Shown here: in pieces, positions 1-9,224 of the stretch | Layout of the letters: each line of letters begins with the position of its first letter | How positions within the stretch are numbered: the stretch's first letter is position 1 | The notes under the pieces: model-generated | The model's input: the letters and a program-made list of their open reading frames with translations, nothing else | What the model was told of the DNA's origin: nothing | Databases searched by the model: none | Assembly (NCBI GenBank): GCA_964430135.1 | Contig: CAYSEG010000008.1 | Coordinates: 1 to 43,165 of the forward strand | Direction of reading: 5' to 3' | Source of the DNA: an uncultured Candidatus Saccharibacteria bacterium | Lineage (GTDB): Bacteria; Patescibacteriota; Minisyncoccia; JAHIHE01; DAOWLE01 | Length of the DNA: 43,165 nucleotides | Program-made: the position numbers and the translations under genes

Positions 1-143
1 CCGTTGTCCTTATTTCTTATTCGTTGATTCAGGAAATAAAGAAGATACTTGGAATGTAATCCTAAATTAATTTTCAATTTTTAAATCTTAATTTTTAGTG
101 AAATCTCAAGCACCAAATTCCGAACAATATGATTTATATATAA

Positions 144-464
144 GAAAGAACGGCAAAATTTGCTGAAGCAGTTATTGAGCTTATGAAAAAAATACCGCAA
201 GATAGCATCAACAAAGGAATGATAGAGTAAATTGTTGCCTCTGGTGCATCTATTGAAGCAAATTATTGCGAGGCAAATGAAGCAGAGAGTAAAAAAGATT
301 TCCAGCACAGAATTAGCATTGTTAAAAAGGAAACAAAAGAGACTAAACACTGGACACGTCTTTTAATAGTAAAAACTAATCCAGAATTTAAAAAAGAATT
401 CAGAAATCTATGGCAAGAAACACAAGAATTGCTTTTAATATTTTTCAAGTATTATGAAGTCTAG
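144..464 (+). pseudogene. four-helix-bundle protein (TIGR02436-like) disrupted by an in-frame TAA
   Basis: Plus-strand frame reads ...KKIPQDSINKGMIE*IVASGASIEANYCEANEAESKKDFQHRISIVKKETKETKHWTRLLIV.... This matches the conserved LLRSGTSIGANxxEAxxAxSKKDF...ANETxxWLxLL core. The TAA at 228-230 sits where the family has a conserved Gln. The region upstream of 141 also has stops, so the N-terminus is decayed. The minus-strand ORFs 81..350 and 263..448 are not supported. Confidence 0.55.
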
Positions 465-545
465 CAGAAATAAATTTTAAAAACTGGAATTTGGAACTTC
501 ATTGGTGCTTGGAAATTGAAAATTTCAATTATTGCCAGGTTAATT

Positions 546-875
546 ATGTTTACTAAAATCAATAAAACATTTCTCTTTTCGATAATCATTTTCTTGCTGT
601 TGTTTGCTCCTTTCACTTTTGCTCAAATTAATGAACCCACCAATAAACCAATCGCAGATATTTTAGCTGATCTTGTTGACTGGCTTTTAAGTCTGGTGGG
701 CATCATTGCCGTTGCAATGATTATCATCGGAGGAGTTCTTTATTTGACTGCCGGAGGAAACGAGAGACAACTGGAAATGGCTAAAAAAACTTTAATTTAT
801 GCTGTCATTGGTCTATTGATTTGCGGAATTTCTTATGTGATTGTTAAAACAGTAGCGGAGATACTAACGAAGTAG
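546..875 (+). CDS. T4SS pilin-like protein (TrbC/VirB2-like, CPR-type), paralog 1
   Basis: Signal-peptide-like N-terminus (MFTKINKTFLFSIIIFLLLFAPFTFA) and two hydrophobic helices. The core GGVLYLTAGGNERQLEMAKKTL...GISYVIV is shared with the two downstream paralogs. An alternative TTG start lies at 516. Confidence 0.65.
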   Translation: MFTKINKTFLFSIIIFLLLFAPFTFAQINEPTNKPIADILADLVDWLLSLVGIIAVAMIIIGGVLYLTAGGNERQLEMAKKTLIYAVIGLLICGISYVIVKTVAEILTK

Positions 876-963
876 AATTTCAATTTCAGAATTAATTAAA
901 GGTGAAGATTCCGAATTTTACGGTTAGTGATCAATAAGGCAATATCAAAAGTCAAACGTTAAA

Positions 964-1323
964 ATGCAAAATGACAAGTTAAAATTCAAAAATGAATTCA
1001 AGAAAAGGCTTTATAATTTTACTCTCTGTTTAATAGAATTTCTTGATTCTTTACCTAAAGATAATGTTTCAAGAAGAATTGGCGACCAACTATTAAGAAG
1101 CGGGACAAGCATTTTAGGTAATTACATTGAAGGTCAATCAGCCAGTAGTAAGAAAGATTTTACAAATTTCTTTAATACTTCTTTAAAATTAGCTAATGAA
1201 AGTAAATTGTGATTTATTTTACTTCGTGACAGCAAAAGAACCAAGCCTGAAAAAGTAGCTTGGTTCTTGAAAGAATTAGATGAAATCGCTAATATTTTTT
1301 GCTTCGAGCATTCTTACTCTTAG
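964..1323 (+). pseudogene. four-helix-bundle protein with an in-frame TGA at a conserved Trp codon
   Basis: ORF 964..1212 ends ...SKKDFTNFFNTSLKLANESKL*. The same frame continues FILLRDSKRTKPEKVAWFLKELDEIANIF to TAG at 1321-1323, which restores the normal length of about 120 aa for this family. The TGA at 1210-1212 aligns with the ANETxxW Trp (TGG to TGA). TGA is a genuine stop elsewhere in the window (frr, and the ATGA overlap upstream of ftsH). Confidence 0.55.
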
Positions 1324-1389
1324 GGGAAGAAATAATTTTGATTTTTGTATTTTAATTTTTAATTTGAATAATGAAGGGAGGTGAGAAAA

Positions 1390-1752
1390 GTGTTCCAAAT
1401 TTTAAAAAACAAACGAAACAAAATAATACTATCCGCACTTGTATTAGTGATAATGGTTTTTCCTCTTTTAGCCTCGGCTGGTTGGAATATGCCGAATAGG
1501 CCAAATGGCTTACCAGATAAAGAATTAGACGAAGTCATTATGACTATCACTGATTGGGTCTTAGGATTTGCCGGAATAATTGCTATTTTAGTAATTGTCT
1601 ATGGCGGACTCTTATATCTTACTTCAGCCGGTAATGAAGACCAAATGGAAAAAGGCAAAAAAACTCTAATGTGGGGCATTTTAGGTTTGGTAATTATCGG
1701 CATTTCCTATGCGATTGTCAAGGTTATTGTTGAGGTTTGGCTGAAGGCATAA
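1390..1752 (+). CDS. T4SS pilin-like protein (TrbC/VirB2-like), paralog 2
   Basis: GTG start at 1390, preceded by AGGGAGGTGA. The 1381 GTG lies inside the SD. Core GGLLYLTSAGNEDQMEKGKKTL...GISYAIV. Confidence 0.65.
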   Translation: MFQILKNKRNKIILSALVLVIMVFPLLASAGWNMPNRPNGLPDKELDEVIMTITDWVLGFAGIIAILVIVYGGLLYLTSAGNEDQMEKGKKTLMWGILGLVIIGISYAIVKVIVEVWLKA

Positions 1753-1866
1753 TTTCCTTGTCTAATTTCGAAAAATTTGCTATAATTGCAATAGTTGTGG
1801 ATAACTTTCTTATTATTTTCTTATTACTTATAACTTATTATTTATTCAGAGAGGGGGTGAAGAAAA

Positions 1867-2226
1867 GTGAAGACATTAAAAAAGATTGGGAAAATAGCTG
1901 CTCCATTGGTTTTAGTAGGTATTTTTGCTTTAACAACCGGTGTGGCGCTTGCGGCAAATGCATGGGGTCCGCCAGATCAGCCAACAAACGTGCCGAATAA
2001 TCTTGCTAGTGCTATATTAAATGTTACTAACTGGATTTTAGGTTTTATCGGATTGATCGCTGTCTTAATTATTATCTGGGGTGGAGTTTTGTATTTAACT
2101 GCTGCTGGAAATGAAGACCAAACCGCAACCGCCAAGAAGACAATTAGCTGGGGTATTATGGGTTTGGTGATTGCCGGACTTGCTTATGCTATTGTCTATG
2201 TAATTTACACTGTCTGGCTTGGGTAG
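1867..2226 (+). CDS. T4SS pilin-like protein (TrbC/VirB2-like), paralog 3
   Basis: GTG start preceded by GAGGGGGTGA. Signal peptide with ALA-AN cleavage site. Core GGVLYLTAAGNEDQTATAKKTI...GLAYAIV. Confidence 0.65.
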   Translation: MKTLKKIGKIAAPLVLVGIFALTTGVALAANAWGPPDQPTNVPNNLASAILNVTNWILGFIGLIAVLIIIWGGVLYLTAAGNEDQTATAKKTISWGIMGLVIAGLAYAIVYVIYTVWLG

Positions 2227-2290
2227 CGCTTAGTTTAATATAGAGAAAAGAATTGATAGTTAATCTAGATCTAGATTATTATAGCCATAC

Positions 2291-2333
2291 AAAAAACAGA
2301 CACGATTCGTTATTGAAAAGTGTCTGTTTTTTC
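2291..2333. terminator. bidirectional rho-independent terminator
   Basis: AAAAAACAGACAC-gattcgttattgaaaa-GTGTCTGTTTTTT: a 9-bp perfect stem flanked by an A-run and a T-run. Confidence 0.7.
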
Positions 2334-2380
2334 ATATTTAAAATTTTAAGCCTAAAACCAATGATTTAAGATTAAAAGCT

Positions 2381-2672
2381 GAATAATTTTCAATTTTCAA
2401 TAACCAATTTTCAATAAATTTTCAATTCACCCAGTTAAATAATTGCGGAGTAAATTTAACAGGGTAAATCAATTTTTTTAAAAAGGCAATTTGTCATTCT
2501 TAACTTGTTTCAGGATCTTCTTTGCCTCGCCGTTAAAACAAACAGTTTGCGAAACAGATAAAAGATTCTGAAATGAATTCAGAATGACAATCCATAGCTT
2601 AAAGTGCTTAAAGTTTGAAAATTGAAAATTGGGATTTGATTGAGAATTGAAAATTGAGAATTAAAAATTTTC
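2381..2672. repeat. family-C TTTTCAAT/ATTGAAAA element split by a nested insertion
   Basis: Left half 2381-2432 (aattttcaattttcaataaccaattttcaataaattttcaatt) and right half 2613-2672 (gtttgaaaattgaaaattgggatttgattgagaattgaaaattgag) match the two halves of the intact copies at 32848-32962 and 41806-41948. The 2433-2612 interior carries a different palindromic element. Confidence 0.6.
2491..2590. repeat. palindromic MITE-like element with TTGTCATTCT terminal inverted repeats, nested inside the family-C element
   Basis: TTGTCATTCTtAACTTGTTTCAGGATC (2491-2517) is the inverted repeat of GATTCTGAAATGAATTCAGAATGACAA (2564-2590). It shares the TGTCATT terminus with family A. Confidence 0.55.
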
Positions 2673-2708
2673 CAACTTAATTTTTAATTTTGAATATAAT
2701 TGCAGTAT

Positions 2709-2806
2709 CCGTTGGTTCGGTCGTCCGCGACTGAACCAGCAAGTGGAATGGTATTGGCTATTTAGAAAATTAAACCTATGGTTCAATCGGAACGATTGAA
2801 CCAACG
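2709..2806. repeat. family-B double-hairpin MITE-like element (copy B1)
   Basis: CCGTTGGTTCGGTCGTCCGCGACTGAACC ... GGTTCAATCGGAACGATTGAACCAACGG. Terminal inverted repeats CCGTTGGTT/AACCAACGG, each next to a 10-bp-stem hairpin. Homologous to copies at 19189-19296 and 30196-30308. Confidence 0.7.
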
Positions 2807-2842
2807 GGCATAATTTGGATTTTGGAATAATTATTAAATTCC

Positions 2843-4363
2843 TTATTTTAATTTTCTAAATATAATTGCGATATCATCCTGATAAATTTCATCCCAATCT
2901 GGGCTTAATCTTAATACTTGAGCCAGCGCCCTATCTTTTTTAATAAGCATCCATGAGACATTATATTTTTCAAGAAGATCTTGCCAATTACTCTGAAGCA
3001 TGTTTATTTCAGTGTAATCTTTAAGAATATGGAGATCCTTATTTTTCCAATGAGCCATTCTTCCATCAATGAAAGTTTTTACTTTAGGATATTCCCAGAT
3101 TAAATAACCGCCGAAGCCATAGTCATTAAACATATTTCCTTCTTGGGGATTTTCTTTGAGAAATTCCACTGCTTTTCTTGGATATTTTGCTTGCTCCGCT
3201 AAAATCGCGGGAGAATTAATTGCTTTTATTGTTTCTTTTAAAGAAAGGAGATGAGGAATATAGATGATAGAAAGAAGCACAAGTCCGATAAATATCACTT
3301 TTGTCTTTAAAACCTCTGAAAGTATTTTTTCCGGGACGCCTTGGATACTTTCTAATAGAAAAGGGATAGTAATAATAACGAAAAGCGGAACATGACGGGC
3401 GCTTTGAAGAGCCAGCCATAGAAAAGCCATCAAAAGAACAAATTGGGTAGGATCAATTCTTGATTTTTTTAAAGCAAGAATTTCAATGATGATCAAAAGA
3501 TAAATAGCAAAAAATATTCCCTCAGTACTATGAAAATTCAAAGAGAGCCACTCAATAATAATATTTGTTCCATAGGAATCAGTAAAGGTTCTTTTAAGCT
3601 CCCAAAGAAGTTTATAGCCGTAAGGATTAATGAATGCAACCAAGAAAGAAAGGGTAGTAAATATGCATAATTTTTTCCAAGCATTTTTTGTTAAGGTTTG
3701 AGATTTTTTTATCCATTCTGTTTCTCCTTTGTTTATCAGTCCTCTAATTTTTATTCTTTCAGTAGAAATGATGATTCCTAAGGTAATAAGGCCAATGACA
3801 AAAGAGGCATGCATATTTGCCCAGAGTAAAAATAATAAAGGAAGGGCGAAAACTGTTTTTGTTTTTTCGTTTTCTTTTAGTTTTTTCACAATAATTAAAA
3901 CCAAAACTAATCCCAAAAGAGTCAGAACTTGGGGGCGAATGCCAATAAAACTCCAGGAAACAAGAACACCAAGAATTCCGATTATTATTTTACTTTCCAA
4001 AGAATTTTTTTTCCGAGTCGTTTCGCCGATTAAAAAGCCAAAAACAGCTACGATAATTAAAGCAAAGGCAATACTTAATCCCCAATATCCAAAAATACTG
4101 TAGATACCGTAGATGAGAATTTCGGTCAGCCATTCATGATCAATCCAAGCAAAATCTGGCATTGTATAAGAATACCAGTCAAGATGAGGAATAGTTTTTG
4201 TTCGCCAAATTAATTCCCCTGTTTTTAGGTGCCAGCCCAAATCAGGATCGCCGGGCGATTTAAAGCCAAACAAAAAAATTATAATCAGGCCCAAAATAAC
4301 AAAACCGTATTTAGTTATATTGTGATTTTTAAATTCGGATTGAAGAAGTTTTTCAAAATTCAT
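2843..4363 (-). CDS. polytopic membrane protein, putative GT-C-type glycosyltransferase
   Basis: 506 aa with more than 10 predicted TM helices. First loop PGDPDLGWHLKTGELIW. It sits in the same tightly packed minus-strand block as the Arn-like enzymes. Confidence 0.4.
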   Translation of the reverse strand: MNFEKLLQSEFKNHNITKYGFVILGLIIIFLFGFKSPGDPDLGWHLKTGELIWRTKTIPHLDWYSYTMPDFAWIDHEWLTEILIYGIYSIFGYWGLSIAFALIIVAVFGFLIGETTRKKNSLESKIIIGILGVLVSWSFIGIRPQVLTLLGLVLVLIIVKKLKENEKTKTVFALPLLFLLWANMHASFVIGLITLGIIISTERIKIRGLINKGETEWIKKSQTLTKNAWKKLCIFTTLSFLVAFINPYGYKLLWELKRTFTDSYGTNIIIEWLSLNFHSTEGIFFAIYLLIIIEILALKKSRIDPTQFVLLMAFLWLALQSARHVPLFVIITIPFLLESIQGVPEKILSEVLKTKVIFIGLVLLSIIYIPHLLSLKETIKAINSPAILAEQAKYPRKAVEFLKENPQEGNMFNDYGFGGYLIWEYPKVKTFIDGRMAHWKNKDLHILKDYTEINMLQSNWQDLLEKYNVSWMLIKKDRALAQVLRLSPDWDEIYQDDIAIIFRKLK

Positions 4364-4371
4364 TTTATTAT

Positions 4372-6069
4372 TTATAACACCTTATAAATTACTGCTTTTT
4401 CGTTTTTATAAACCGGCTTTAAATATTCCATTTTTTCCGGATGAAAGTTTTCTAGATTGTAGTTAGAGAAAAATTTTGGAGAGTAATCAGGGAAAAGATC
4501 TGAAGAGTAGTCGGTGAAGAGCTCTGGAGAATATAGAAAATAAGCAATTTTGTATTTTTTTAAAAATTTATATTTTTGCTCTTTTTTTTCATCATCTTCA
4601 ATGAAATGTTTTAATTGGTTCATTTTTTTTGAAATATTTATAGTACGAGGAATATAGCCCGCAAAAACTATATTGCCGGACAACCCGGGGATAAGATTAC
4701 TGATTGAATATCCTGAAAGGACTATTTCTGAAGAATGAGTATTGTTTTTTAGCCAATCTACAGCTTCAAGATAAGATTTATCTAAATAAATAGGACAGGC
4801 AAGATAAATTTTTATATTTTGATCCTGATTTTTAGAAAAATAATCATATAGGGCAATATCAGTTAGCACGACATTAATATTGGAGAGAGATGTAAAAGAT
4901 ATTATGATAGAAAAAAAGATAACCTTTACTTTCTGAAAGGAAAAAGAAAATCCTTTTTGCGTCCATTTGTTTTTAAGATAATCTGAAAGAAGGAATAAAC
5001 CGAGAGTAGCTAAAATGACCATTGGGATATGCAAACCTTCGGTAAATTTTCTCTGAAATGGTAAAAATGACTGAGACGAAAGAAAGGAAGATGCAATTAT
5101 CCATGCTAATATAAAAAAAGAATTCCAATTTTTATTTTTAATAATTTTTAATATTCCTATTAGAGCTAAGAAAAAAATTAAGCCAAAGCCAGATATATAA
5201 CCCAGAAAGGATTTATTAAAAGTAATTCCTCCTTTTTCAAACCACCATTTAAGAGACGGACTATTGTTAATAGCATAATAATTATAAAGAATACCTGGCA
5301 AAAGAATTACTGCCATTATGAAGCAATATTTCAAAGTTATTTTTGGTTTCAAGTCCTTAATTAGAAATTTAAGAAATATAAAAAATCCAATAGTCAGCCA
5401 GACTATGAAAATATCATAAGTATGAATTAAGGAAAGGCTTAAAAGCGCTATACCTGATCCAACAGCATACTTTAACTTTGGATTTTTAAAAAATTCGAGA
5501 GTTAAGATGAATATAATGAGTATTAAAATTAGGGAGAGCAAATTAAGCGGTGATTCTAAAAGATTTAAGAAAGTAATTGTTTCTATCTGCCAAAGGTCAA
5601 TAGAGTAGTTTCCGGCTATCCAGCCGAATCCAGAGGAAAAAGTAAGAAGCAGAAAACATACCCCCCGCTTCAAAATGCCTTTTAAAAAATAAGAAATAAA
5701 TATATAGGCAATAAATAAGAATATAAAACCAAAAAATATTCTGAAAAGATGATAAGTAAAGATATTTGAAAAGTTGAAAATTCTGGCAAAATGCCCCATT
5801 GCCAGAAAAAGAGGATGAAAAAGAATTCTTCTTTGCGGTTCTACGCAGTATGGATCCTTGAATAAAAAGTGTCCTTCATTAGCTTGTTGAATCCAGGCGA
5901 TATAAGTGTAAGTATCACAAGTATTTATTTGGTGTTGCCCCATAAATTGAAAATTAGGCGGGGTAATATGGATAGCATAAAGATAAGGAAGTAATGTAAT
6001 ACTCATTATAATTATTGAAAAAACAAGGACAAAATACCATTCTTTTTTGGGAATAAAAGGAATAGACAT
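4372..6069 (-). CDS. polytopic membrane protein, putative GT-C-type glycosyltransferase
   Basis: 565 aa with many TM helices. The ATG overlaps the stop of the upstream gene by 1 nt (TAATG), which suggests translational coupling. Confidence 0.4.
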   Translation of the reverse strand: MSIPFIPKKEWYFVLVFSIIIMSITLLPYLYAIHITPPNFQFMGQHQINTCDTYTYIAWIQQANEGHFLFKDPYCVEPQRRILFHPLFLAMGHFARIFNFSNIFTYHLFRIFFGFIFLFIAYIFISYFLKGILKRGVCFLLLTFSSGFGWIAGNYSIDLWQIETITFLNLLESPLNLLSLILILIIFILTLEFFKNPKLKYAVGSGIALLSLSLIHTYDIFIVWLTIGFFIFLKFLIKDLKPKITLKYCFIMAVILLPGILYNYYAINNSPSLKWWFEKGGITFNKSFLGYISGFGLIFFLALIGILKIIKNKNWNSFFILAWIIASSFLSSQSFLPFQRKFTEGLHIPMVILATLGLFLLSDYLKNKWTQKGFSFSFQKVKVIFFSIIISFTSLSNINVVLTDIALYDYFSKNQDQNIKIYLACPIYLDKSYLEAVDWLKNNTHSSEIVLSGYSISNLIPGLSGNIVFAGYIPRTINISKKMNQLKHFIEDDEKKEQKYKFLKKYKIAYFLYSPELFTDYSSDLFPDYSPKFFSNYNLENFHPEKMEYLKPVYKNEKAVIYKVL

Positions 6070-6434
6070 TATGATTTAGAGACTAAAAATACTCCTAAGC
6101 AAATAATAATAACTCCGATTAAACGAAGAGGAGTAATATGCTCATTGAATAAAAATACAGAAGAAATTAAAACTAAAACAAATGAAAGACTCATAAAAGG
6201 ATAGATATAACTTATTTCTTTTTTAGATGCCGCAGCCATATAAGTAAAGCTTCCTAAGAAAGCTAAAACGAGACTTAAAATCACATATCTGTTAGATAAT
6301 GATTTTATAAAAAACGGGGTAATTTGTGAAAAATCCATCGGAAACTTTCCGACAATATTCATTCCATGCTTTAAAATTAACTGTCCGGCCGCTGTAAATA
6401 GAATTGTAATAAGTATCAGCAAATAGACTATCAT
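6069..6434 (-). CDS. ArnE/ArnF-like small EamA/SMR-type flippase subunit
   Basis: 121 aa with 4 TM helices. TAAGQLILKHGM and YIYPFMSLSFVLVLISSVFLFNEHITPLRLIGVIIICLGVFLVS match E. coli ArnE (AGQLCQKQA ... [43 protein letters not shown]) as I recall it. Confidence 0.6.
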   Translation of the reverse strand: MIVYLLILITILFTAAGQLILKHGMNIVGKFPMDFSQITPFFIKSLSNRYVILSLVLAFLGSFTYMAAASKKEISYIYPFMSLSFVLVLISSVFLFNEHITPLRLIGVIIICLGVFLVSKS

Positions 6435-6437
6435 TTT

Positions 6438-7565
6438 TTATTTTTTTATTATATCAATAACTGAACGAATAATATATCTAACTTCTTTGCGGGTTAATTT
6501 AGGATAAAGAGGAAGGGTAATGGTGCTCGCGCCTATTTTTTCAGCATTAGGATACATCCCTTTTTTATATCCATATTTTTTTCTATAATATTTCATTAAA
6601 TGAATTGGTCTAAAATTTACAGCTATCCCTATTTCTTTTTTTTGAAGTTGGTGTATTATTTTATCTCTTTTCTTTGGGTCCACTTGGATTGTGTAGATAT
6701 ATCTAGCTGGTTTTGTCTTTGGTAAAATTTCTGGAATTTGTATATTTTTAATATTTTTAAAAGCATTATTATAAATTTGACAAATTTTCTCTCTTTTTTT
6801 TAATCGTTCTTCTATCTTGTCTAATTGATTTAATAACATCGCTGCTTGAATGTTGGTCATATTATATTTCCAACCCAGAAATTCCATATCGTAATGTTGA
6901 TATTTTTTACTATATCGTTCAGCAGCGCTTTTACTCATGCCATGAAGTCTTGCTTTTTTTAGCCATTCAGCAATATTTTTGTCGTTAGTAACAACTGCTC
7001 CTCCTTCTCCCGAGGTAATATTTTTAATAGCATAAAAACTAAAGGAGGCTGTATTTCCTATTTGTCCGGCTCGATATCCATCTCTTTGGGCTTCTAAAGA
7101 ATGTGCTGCATCTTCTATTATAATAAGATTATATTTATTAGCAATCTTTTGGATTTTTTTCATATCGCAAAGCTGTCCGTAAAGATGAACAGGGATAATA
7201 GCTTTAGTTTTTTTAGTAATTGCTTTTTCAATTAAATCTGCATTTATATTTCCAGTGTTTTTTTCTACATCAACAAAGACTGGTTTGGCGCCAGTAAATT
7301 CAATTGCGTTAGCAGTAGAGATAAATGACATTGGGCTGGTAATAACTTCATTATCTTTGCCGATGCCGTAAGCTAAAAGAGAAAGATGAAGAGCGGCAGT
7401 GCAACTAGTAAGGCCAACAGCATATTTTACCCCTAAGTACTTAGCTAATTTATTCTCAAATTCTCCTACTGTTTCTCCAGTAGTCAAAAATAGAGAATTA
7501 AGAACTTTATTAACGTTTTCTATGTCTTTTTTTTCTAAATTGTGTTTAAAAAAATCTACTTTCAT
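6438..7565 (-). CDS. DegT/DnrJ/EryC1/StrS-family PLP aminotransferase (ArnB-like sugar 4-aminotransferase)
   Basis: SFYAIKNITSGEGG (PLP-binding Lys), AIIPVHLYGQ, IIEDAAHS. Overlaps the upstream gene by 4 nt. Confidence 0.9.
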   Translation of the reverse strand: MKVDFFKHNLEKKDIENVNKVLNSLFLTTGETVGEFENKLAKYLGVKYAVGLTSCTAALHLSLLAYGIGKDNEVITSPMSFISTANAIEFTGAKPVFVDVEKNTGNINADLIEKAITKKTKAIIPVHLYGQLCDMKKIQKIANKYNLIIIEDAAHSLEAQRDGYRAGQIGNTASFSFYAIKNITSGEGGAVVTNDKNIAEWLKKARLHGMSKSAAERYSKKYQHYDMEFLGWKYNMTNIQAAMLLNQLDKIEERLKKREKICQIYNNAFKNIKNIQIPEILPKTKPARYIYTIQVDPKKRDKIIHQLQKKEIGIAVNFRPIHLMKYYRKKYGYKKGMYPNAEKIGASTITLPLYPKLTRKEVRYIIRSVIDIIKK

Positions 7566-9208
7566 TTTTTATTTACTTTAAAGAAATAAAATTTTTGGTT
7601 ACATTTTTCATATTTAGTATAATCAAAAGTCGCTTCATCGGTAGCTAATAGAGAGTATTTATCAGGATTGCTAAGAAGATAGTTTTGTATATCAAGGTAC
7701 TCTAATATCTTATTCTTATATGGTATTTCACAATAAGAAAACTTTTTAAGATTAGTTTCCTCTAAAAATATCATATCACAATTTTTACTAAAAATAAAAA
7801 AGTCTATTTTGATAATTTTTTCTAATTTTTTTAATTCTTCTATATTTTTAGGCGGATGCCAGATGATCTTAATTGGGTAGTTTTGCCAAGCGTATAAAAA
7901 AGTATAAGGGGATACAATAACTTGTGGATTATACGCTTCTATATTTTTGTCTATCATTTGCGAAATAAGCGACTGTTCTTTATATTCCCTTTCTATTTTA
8001 TTTTTCATTTGGATAACGGAAATAATGTCTACAGATAAAAAAATAATAAATAGGCCGCTTATCAGAACCATCTTTTTTATTTCTTTATTGTTTAATTTAG
8101 ATAGATAATTTTCAAGAAATATTGAAAAATATATCAGAAGAAAAGGAATAAACCATAATAATATTCTTGTTTCTATTCTGTTCAATACACTGTAAAAAAG
8201 AAATAAAAGCAAAATATTTATTATAAATATAGGAAAAAATAGCCAGAAAAATCTTTTTTGTTTTTCATCACAATATTTATTATATGAAAGCAGAGTGAAA
8301 AAAGCTATTAACCAATAAGAAAACTTTAGAAGATCTTCGCTGTTTATTATTCTAAGGGTAGTCGCTTTATCAAAATTAAAAAGAAAATTTTCTTTGAGGC
8401 CCCATAATTTTTTATAGAAAGTATCCCATGAATTAATAATATTAAAATTATTGGGATAAATTTGTCTATCTGCTGAAAAGATTGGAAGGTAAAGAGTAAA
8501 AAATAAAGCTAAAAAAACTAAACTAAATATTATAATATTTCTCAGTCTATTTTCTTTGTTATAAATACAGAGTGAACCGATAACAGGCCATAATAAAAGT
8601 CCAAACGTTTCCCTAAAAAACATTCCAATAATTAAAATTACGGCCAAAATTATTGGTTTTGTATAATTATTTTTAAGTTTTATTAGAAGATAAAAGAATA
8701 AAAGACAGAGAAAAACAATGGAAATTTCAGTCATTACCATATTGGTATACAGCCAAAATACTGGAAATAAAATAAATAAAACAATTGATAGATTTCTGGC
8801 TTTTATATTTTTGTCAAGTAATTCTTTTGAGAGAAAATAAAATATAGCAATAGAGGTTAAATATAATAAAAAATTAGGCAGTAAAGCTATATAGTCATTG
8901 ACTCCGAATATTTTAAAGAAAACTGCCACAAGAGTAGAAAAACCAGGCATATGAAATGGTCTATCAAAGCCGCCATTTTTTATTATACTTTCGGTTATAT
9001 AAAGATTTGACGAAATTTCTCCTTTAAAAGCTATATTTCTGGCAGTTAGAGCGTATTCTATTTCATCAGAGTGTGAAATTTGTTGAAATAAAAATAAATT
9101 AGAGACAATTAAAACAATTGTCCCTAATAATAGACAGGTTTTAAGATTGATTGATTTATTTTTATATTTTTTGAAATAATTAAAAAAAGAAGTCGCTGAA
9201 CTATTCAT
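7562..9208 (-). CDS. GT39/GT83-family (ArnT/PMT-like) polyprenyl-phosphate-sugar-dependent glycosyltransferase
   Basis: 548 aa, polytopic. First periplasmic loop SDEIEYALTARNIAFKG: a DE..YA..A motif typical of ArnT/PMT enzymes. Confidence 0.65.
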   Translation of the reverse strand: MNSSATSFFNYFKKYKNKSINLKTCLLLGTIVLIVSNLFLFQQISHSDEIEYALTARNIAFKGEISSNLYITESIIKNGGFDRPFHMPGFSTLVAVFFKIFGVNDYIALLPNFLLYLTSIAIFYFLSKELLDKNIKARNLSIVLFILFPVFWLYTNMVMTEISIVFLCLLFFYLLIKLKNNYTKPIILAVILIIGMFFRETFGLLLWPVIGSLCIYNKENRLRNIIIFSLVFLALFFTLYLPIFSADRQIYPNNFNIINSWDTFYKKLWGLKENFLFNFDKATTLRIINSEDLLKFSYWLIAFFTLLSYNKYCDEKQKRFFWLFFPIFIINILLLFLFYSVLNRIETRILLWFIPFLLIYFSIFLENYLSKLNNKEIKKMVLISGLFIIFLSVDIISVIQMKNKIEREYKEQSLISQMIDKNIEAYNPQVIVSPYTFLYAWQNYPIKIIWHPPKNIEELKKLEKIIKIDFFIFSKNCDMIFLEETNLKKFSYCEIPYKNKILEYLDIQNYLLSNPDKYSLLATDEATFDYTKYEKCNQKFYFFKVNKK

Positions 9209-9224
9209 TATTTCATTTTATTTT

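Noticed and set aside
81-448. Minus-strand ORFs 81..350 and 263..448
   Set aside because: The plus strand of the same region shows clear four-helix-bundle protein similarity. The minus ORFs have no signals and are likely shadow ORFs.
1359-2000. ORFs 1359..1550(-) and 1737..2000(+) overlapping the pilin-like genes
   Set aside because: They overlap well-supported pilin paralogs in other frames, and the Cys/Lys-rich content looks like low-complexity translation.
2261-2281. 18-bp perfect palindrome TAATCTAGATCTAGATTA
   Set aside because: It is built from two overlapping restriction-site-like palindromes. There is no evidence of function and no other copy in the window.
3216-4103. ORFs 3216..3419(-) and 3729..4103(+) inside the 2843..4363 membrane protein gene
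   Set aside because: They are internal and antisense or out of frame relative to a long, coherent membrane-protein ORF.
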